DNA of 64,000 nt from Anaeromyxobacteraceae bacterium (GTDB taxonomy: Bacteria > Myxococcota > Myxococcia > Myxococcales > Anaeromyxobacteraceae). The notes under the pieces were generated by a model. The model was given only the letters and a program-made list of their open reading frames with translations. It did no database searches and was not told the origin of the DNA. The stretch covers positions 3,360,001-3,424,000 of the forward strand of contig JASGHJ010000002.1 in the NCBI GenBank assembly GCA_047602405.1. The letters are read 5' to 3'. Both the position numbers and the translations under genes were made by a program. Shown here piece after piece: positions 59,279 to 64,000 of the stretch. The first letter of the stretch is position 1. Every line of letters starts with the position of its first letter.

Positions 59279-60842
59279 GTGGCGACCAAGAAGCTCGGCG
59301 AGATCCTGGTGGCGCGCGGCGCGAGCACGCCCGCCCACGTCCACGAGGCCTTGCAGAACCAGGTCATCTTCGGCGGCCGCCTCGGCACGAACCTCCTCGA
59401 GCTCGAGGGCGTGACCGAGGCCGCGCTCGCCGAGGCGCTCCACGTTCGCTGGGGCGTGCCCGCGGTGCAGGGAGACGACCTCGAGCCGGACCCCGACGCG
59501 CTGGCGCTCATGACCCCCGACGTGGCCGATCGCTGGGACGCGATCCCGTTCGCGGTGCAGGACCGCAAGCTCGTCCTCGTCGCGGTCGCGCCGAGCGACT
59601 TCGGGATGCTCGACGAGGTCGCCTTCGCCACGAACAGGAACGTGGTCACGATGGTCGCGCCGGAGGCCCGGGTCTGGGCGCTCCTCAAGCGCCACTACGG
59701 CATCGACCGCCAGCTCCGCGGCATCGAGGTCGACTTCCAGCCCGGCGCGACGATCCGGCCGCCGCCGCGCGCCGAGGAGCGCACCGCCGCGACGGGCGGC
59801 GACCTGATGGATCAGGCGGAGTTCGACTCGCTCTACGCGGGCGTCGCCGGGCCGTCCGCGGGCGCGCCGCCGCTCGCGTCGCGCCCCGCCACCACGCCGA
59901 CGCCGACCGCGGCACCTCCGCGGCGACCGCCGGCCGGGATGCGGCCGAGGGCACCCGCCCCGGCCCCGCCGCCGCGCGCTCCCGCCCCGCCGCCGCGCCC
60001 GGTGGCCCAGGCCGCCCCTCCGCCCGCCCTTCGACCGGCTCAGGGCGAGCGGGACCTGCCGCCGGCCGACGACGTCATCGATCTCACCGAGCTCCTGGAG
60101 GCCGAGCCGGAGCCCGCGCTGCCACCGCCGGCGGCGCCGCCGCCGAGGCCGGCCGGCGCCCGCCCGATGACGCGCGCCACCGCGATGGCGCTGAAGGCCG
60201 TGCTCACCGGCGGCGCCGGCCCGGCCCGCCCGCGCCCGCCTCCGACGATGGTGCTCCCGGCCATCGACCCCGTCACGCTGAAGCCCGTGGATCAGCCCGC
60301 CGCCGCGCCCGCCGCCCCGGCGAGGCCGCCGCCGCGCGCGCCCGAGCCCGAGCCCACGCCGCTCGGCTTCCAGGAGGCCCTCGCCGCGCTCGCCGGGGTC
60401 GAGGACCGCGACCAGAATCGCGCGCACCGTGCTCCGCCATGCGCGCTCGCGGTTCCGCCGCGCGGTGCTCCTGCAGGTCCGGCGCGGCGCCGCGTGGGGC
60501 TGGGCCGGCCTCGGGGAGGGCCTCGCCGCGCCCGCGGTGCGCCGCATGAAGCTCGGCCTCGGCCAGCCCGGCGTGCTCGACACCGTCGTCTCGACGCGCG
60601 CGCACTTCCTGGGACCGCTCGGCAAGACCGAGGCGAACGTGCGCCTCCTGAAGCAGCTCGGGGGCGGCGTCCCGCGGAGCGCCATCCTGCTCCCGATCCT
60701 CGCGCAGGGACGGGTGGTGAACGTGCTCTACGCGGACATGGGGCGCGGCGAGCAGGTCGACCCGGCCGCCGTGGGTGACCTCCTCATCCTGGCGACCCGC
60801 ATCGCGCAGAGCTGGGACCGGCTGCTCTCGCGCGTCACGTAG
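59279..60842 (+). CDS. MshEN/GSPII_N-domain protein with Pro-rich linker and FrgA-like C-terminus; apparent frameshift near 60418
   Basis: KLGEILVARG...ALQNQVIFGGRLGTNLLEL; C-terminus VEDRDQ / RAVLLQVR..AWGW...HFLGP...LLPILAQGRVVNVLYAD. Confidence 0.75.
60020..60052 (+). repeat. REP-like palindrome lying in frame within a CDS
   Basis: CCGCCCGCCCTTCGACCGGCTCAGGGCGAGCGG, encoding PPALRPAQGER. Confidence 0.65.
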
Positions 60843-60934
60843 CCGGCCCCGACGTCGGGGAGGCGGCGGCCGGACCGCGGGTCGAGCCACGCGGCCCGGC
60901 ACGGGTCAGCCGCCCTGGGTGCGCAGCCACCGGG

Positions 60935-61543
60935 GTGGCACGCGCCCCGCTCGCGGCGCTCCTGTCCGCTCATGGCGGCCGCCTTCGTTCCGGGCAGCGT
61001 CGAGCCCGCGACCGTGGTCGCCCCACGCGTGGTCGAGCCGGCGCCCGCGCCTCCCCACCCCCCGTGGTCGTCGCGGCCGCGCCGCCGCCGACCGCCTCGG
61101 CGCCGCCGCCCGAGCCCGAGCAGGCGCCCGCGCCAGTGCCCGCGCCGGCGCCCGTCCCCGCCGAGCCCGTGAAGGCCGTCCTCGAGGGCAACCGCATCGT
61201 CATCCTCGAGCAGGTCCACTTCGCGACCGGCAAGGACGTGATCCTCCCGGAGTCGAACGAGCTGTTGCGGCAGGTCGCGAGCATCCTCTCCACCCACCCG
61301 GAGATCGCGGGGGTCCGCGTCGAGGGGCACACGGACGACCAGGGCCGACCCGAGAAGAACCTCGACCTGTCGCGCCGTCGCGCCGCGAGCGTCCGCCAGC
61401 GGCTCGTCGCAGAGGGCATCGACGGCGCCCGCCTCGTGCCGGAGGGCTTCGGCCAGACCCGGCCGATCGTCCCGAACACCACCGCGACGGGCCGGGCGAA
61501 GAACCGGCGCGTCGAGTTCACCGTGTTGCCCGGGCAGCCGTAG
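60935..61543 (+). CDS. OmpA-family peptidoglycan-binding protein; N-terminus uncertain, likely frameshifted
   Basis: VHFATGKD, VEGHTDDQG, NLDLSRRRAASV, GFGQTRP, NRRVEF. Confidence 0.85.
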   Translation: MARAPLAALLSAHGGRLRSGQRRARDRGRPTRGRAGARASPPPVVVAAAPPPTASAPPPEPEQAPAPVPAPAPVPAEPVKAVLEGNRIVILEQVHFATGKDVILPESNELLRQVASILSTHPEIAGVRVEGHTDDQGRPEKNLDLSRRRAASVRQRLVAEGIDGARLVPEGFGQTRPIVPNTTATGRAKNRRVEFTVLPGQP

Positions 61544-61790
61544 CCCTCCCTGTCTCCGGACGCCCCGGGCCGCCGCGCGCCGCGGGGCGTTCACGGTCCC
61601 GTCCCGGGACCGTGTGCACGTCGAGTCCTGGTGATTTCGTCGATGTGTTGGACCCTGGAGCGCCCGGTAGGGGCTCGCTGGGCAGTGTACCCACCCTGGG
61701 GGGTACCTCCCTTTTGACACTCGGTGCTAGGGGTAGGTCTCAGGCCCACACGCCAGCGACTCAACGGTCTCGAAGTGGCCAGGGAGCCGG

Positions 61791-64000
61791 ATGTCTCCCA
61801 GCGCGCCTCGCGCCCTCGCGGCGCTCGCCGCCGCGCTCGCCCTCACCTCGTGCGGCGGGTCGGGACCCGCTCGCCCGCTCGCCACCGAGGCGCAGGCGCT
61901 CGACTACACCATCATCACCACCGTCGGCCTCGGCGGCGGCACGGTCGTCTGCACGCCCAACCCCGTCCCCGAGGGCGGCTCCGCGACGTGCGCCATCACG
62001 CCGGACCCCGCGCACCACGTCGTCGACGTGGTCGTCGACGGCGTCTCGCAGGGGCCCATCACCTCCTACCCGTTCGCGAACGTCGTCGCTGCGCACACGC
62101 TCGACGCGACCTTCGCGATCGACACGTTCACGGTCACGCCCAGCGCCGGCCCGAACGGCTCCATCTCGCCGTCGACCGTGCAGACGGTGAACCACGGCGG
62201 CAGCGTGGGGTTCACCATCGCGCCGGTCGCGAATCACCAGGTGGCCGACGTGCTGGTGGACGGGAGCTCGGTGGGCGCGGTCACGAGCTACACCTTCACC
62301 AACGTCACCGCGAACCACACCATCGCGGCGTCGTTCGCGATCAGCACGTACACCATCGCGCCGAGCGCCGGCGCGAACGGCTCCATCTCGCCGGCGACCA
62401 CGCAGACCGTGAGCCACGGCGGCAGCGCCACCTTCACCCTCACCCCGGACACCGGCTACCACGTCGCCGACGTCCTCGTGGACGGCGGCTCCGTCGGCGC
62501 CGTCACGAGCTACACCTTCTCGGGCGTCACGGCGAACCACACCATCGCGGCGACGTTCGCGATCAACACGTACACGATCACGCCCAGCGCGGGTGCGAAC
62601 GGGTCCATCTCGCCGGCGACCGTCCAGACCGTCGACCACGGTTCGAGTGCCACCTTCACCTTCACGCCGACCACGGGCTACCACGTCGCGTCGGTCACCG
62701 TGGACGGCTCCGCGGTGGCGGTCGCGTCGAGCTACGCCTTCACGAACGTCAGCGCCAACCACACCATCGCGGTCGCCTTCGCGATCGACACGTTCACCAT
62801 CACTGCCTCGGCCGGCGCGAACGGGTCCATCTCGCCGAGCGGTGCGGTGGGCGTGAGCTACGGCGGCAACCAGACCTTCACCTTCACGCCGGCCACCGGC
62901 TGTCACGTCGCGTCGGTCACCGTGGATGGCGCCAGCGTCGCCGTCGCCCCGAGCTACGCCTTCACGAACGTCACCGCGAACCACACCATCTCGGCGTCGT
63001 TCGCGATCAACACGTACACGATCACGCCCAGCGCGGGTGCGAACGGCTCCATCTCGCCGTCGACCGTCCAGACCGTCGACCACGGTTCGAGCGCCGCCTT
63101 CATCTTCACGCCGACCACCGGCTATCACGTCGCGTCGGTCCTCGTGGACGGCGCCGCCGTCGCGATCGCGTCGAGCTACGCCTTCACGAACGTCACCGCC
63201 AACCACACCATCGCGGTCACCTTCGCCATCGACACCTTCACCATCACCGCCTCCGCCGGCGCGAACGGCTCCATCTCGCCGAGCGGCGCGGTGGGCGTGA
63301 GCTACGGCGGCAACCAGACCTTCACCTTCACGCCGACCACGGGCTACCACGTGGCCACGGTCACCGTGGACGGCTCCGCGGTCGCCGTCGCCTCGAGCTA
63401 CGCCTTCACGAACGTCACGGCGAACCGCACCATCGCGGTCACCTTTGCCATCGACACGTTCACCATCACCGCCTCGGCCGGCGCGAACGGCTCCATCTCG
63501 CCGAGCGGCGCCGTGGGCGTGAGCTACGGCGGCAACCAGACCTTCACCTTCACGCCGGCCACTGGCTACCACGTCGCCGCGGTCACCGTGGACGGCTCCG
63601 CGGTCGCCGTCGCCTCGAGCTACGCGTTCACGAACGTCACCGCGAACCACACCATCTCGGCGTCGTTCGCGATCAACACGTACACGATCACGCCCAGCGC
63701 GGGTGCGAACGGGTCCATCTCGCCGGCGACCGTCCAGACCGTCGACCACGGCTCGAGCGCCACCTTCACCTTCACGCCGGCCACCGGCTACCACGTCGCC
63801 TCCATCACCGTGGACGGCGCCGGCGTCGCGGTCGCCCCGAGCTACGCCTTCACGAACGTCACCGCCAACCACTCCATCGCGGTCACCTTCGCGCTCGACA
63901 CCTTCACCATCACCGCCTCCGCCGGCGCGAACGGCTCCATCTCGCCGAGCGGCGCCGTGGGCGTGAGCTACGGCGGCAACCCGACCTTCACCTTCACGCC
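61791..64000 (+). CDS. Large surface lipoprotein with tandem 74-aa InlB-B/Flg_new-like repeats; runs off the window
   Basis: ATG after GGGAG; MSPSAPRALAALAAALALTSC; repeats TITASAGANGSISPSG...FTPATGYHVASVTVDG...YAFTNVTANHTIAVTF every 222 bp; missing from the ORF track because there is no stop. Confidence 0.9.
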   Translation, partial: MSPSAPRALAALAAALALTSCGGSGPARPLATEAQALDYTIITTVGLGGGTVVCTPNPVPEGGSATCAITPDPAHHVVDVVVDGVSQGPITSYPFANVVAAHTLDATFAIDTFTVTPSAGPNGSISPSTVQTVNHGGSVGFTIAPVANHQVADVLVDGSSVGAVTSYTFTNVTANHTIAASFAISTYTIAPSAGANGSISPATTQTVSHGGSATFTLTPDTGYHVADVLVDGGSVGAVTSYTFSGVTANHTIAATFAINTYTITPSAGANGSISPATVQTVDHGSSATFTFTPTTGYHVASVTVDGSAVAVASSYAFTNVSANHTIAVAFAIDTFTITASAGANGSISPSGAVGVSYGGNQTFTFTPATGCHVASVTVDGASVAVAPSYAFTNVTANHTISASFAINTYTITPSAGANGSISPSTVQTVDHGSSAAFIFTPTTGYHVASVLVDGAAVAIASSYAFTNVTANHTIAVTFAIDTFTITASAGANGSISPSGAVGVSYGGNQTFTFTPTTGYHVATVTVDGSAVAVASSYAFTNVTANRTIAVTFAIDTFTITASAGANGSISPSGAVGVSYGGNQTFTFTPATGYHVAAVTVDGSAVAVASSYAFTNVTANHTISASFAINTYTITPSAGANGSISPATVQTVDHGSSATFTFTPATGYHVASITVDGAGVAVAPSYAFTNVTANHSIAVTFALDTFTITASAGANGSISPSGAVGVSYGGNPTFTFT

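Noticed and set aside
6268..61100. Frameshifts in both TPM genes, FG-GAP, ATP-grasp, ECF-1, FrgA-like and OmpA genes as programmed frameshifting or pseudogenes
   Set aside because: They are scattered single-base indels, several in short homopolymers, in otherwise intact unrelated genes; most simply long-read consensus errors. Read pileups would confirm.

Overview
Very GC-rich bacterial chromosome segment whose gene content points to Myxococcota (Anaeromyxobacter-like); this is inferred from gene families, not from a marker gene. About 48 coding regions: amtB with a sigma54 promoter and NtrC-like sites, an MshEN-REC-TPR regulator, a divergent XRE-cupin/radical SAM pair, lemA-TPM-TPM, glgP, an M20 peptidase, ycaO and tfuA 10 kb apart, an ECF sigma fusion, an M43 protease, an ATP-grasp/TPP-enzyme/LpxL-like block, csp, sdaA, uraA with a Tsx-like channel, kynA, a duplicated ECF-sigma/small-membrane-protein module around a Ser/Thr kinase, and several large repeat-rich lipoproteins. 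The strongest candidate for an undescribed system is a lower-GC island at about 40.85-44.4 kb. It holds two convergent orphan RHS toxin-immunity cassettes (a PD-(D/E)XK-like toxin, and a SitA6/DUF2380-like toxin with a double-CXXCG immunity gene). Each cassette is bracketed by directly repeated palindromic sites sharing the asymmetric 6-bp core GACGCG, which suggests site-specific cassette shuffling. Other highlights: a pair of covarying ~250-bp structured elements with a 31-bp tandem array, a coupled dockerin-like/cohesin-like gene pair, and widespread leaderless-type promoters. At least seven single-base frameshifts look like long-read sequencing errors. No rRNA, tRNA, CRISPR array, transposase or integrase was recognised.
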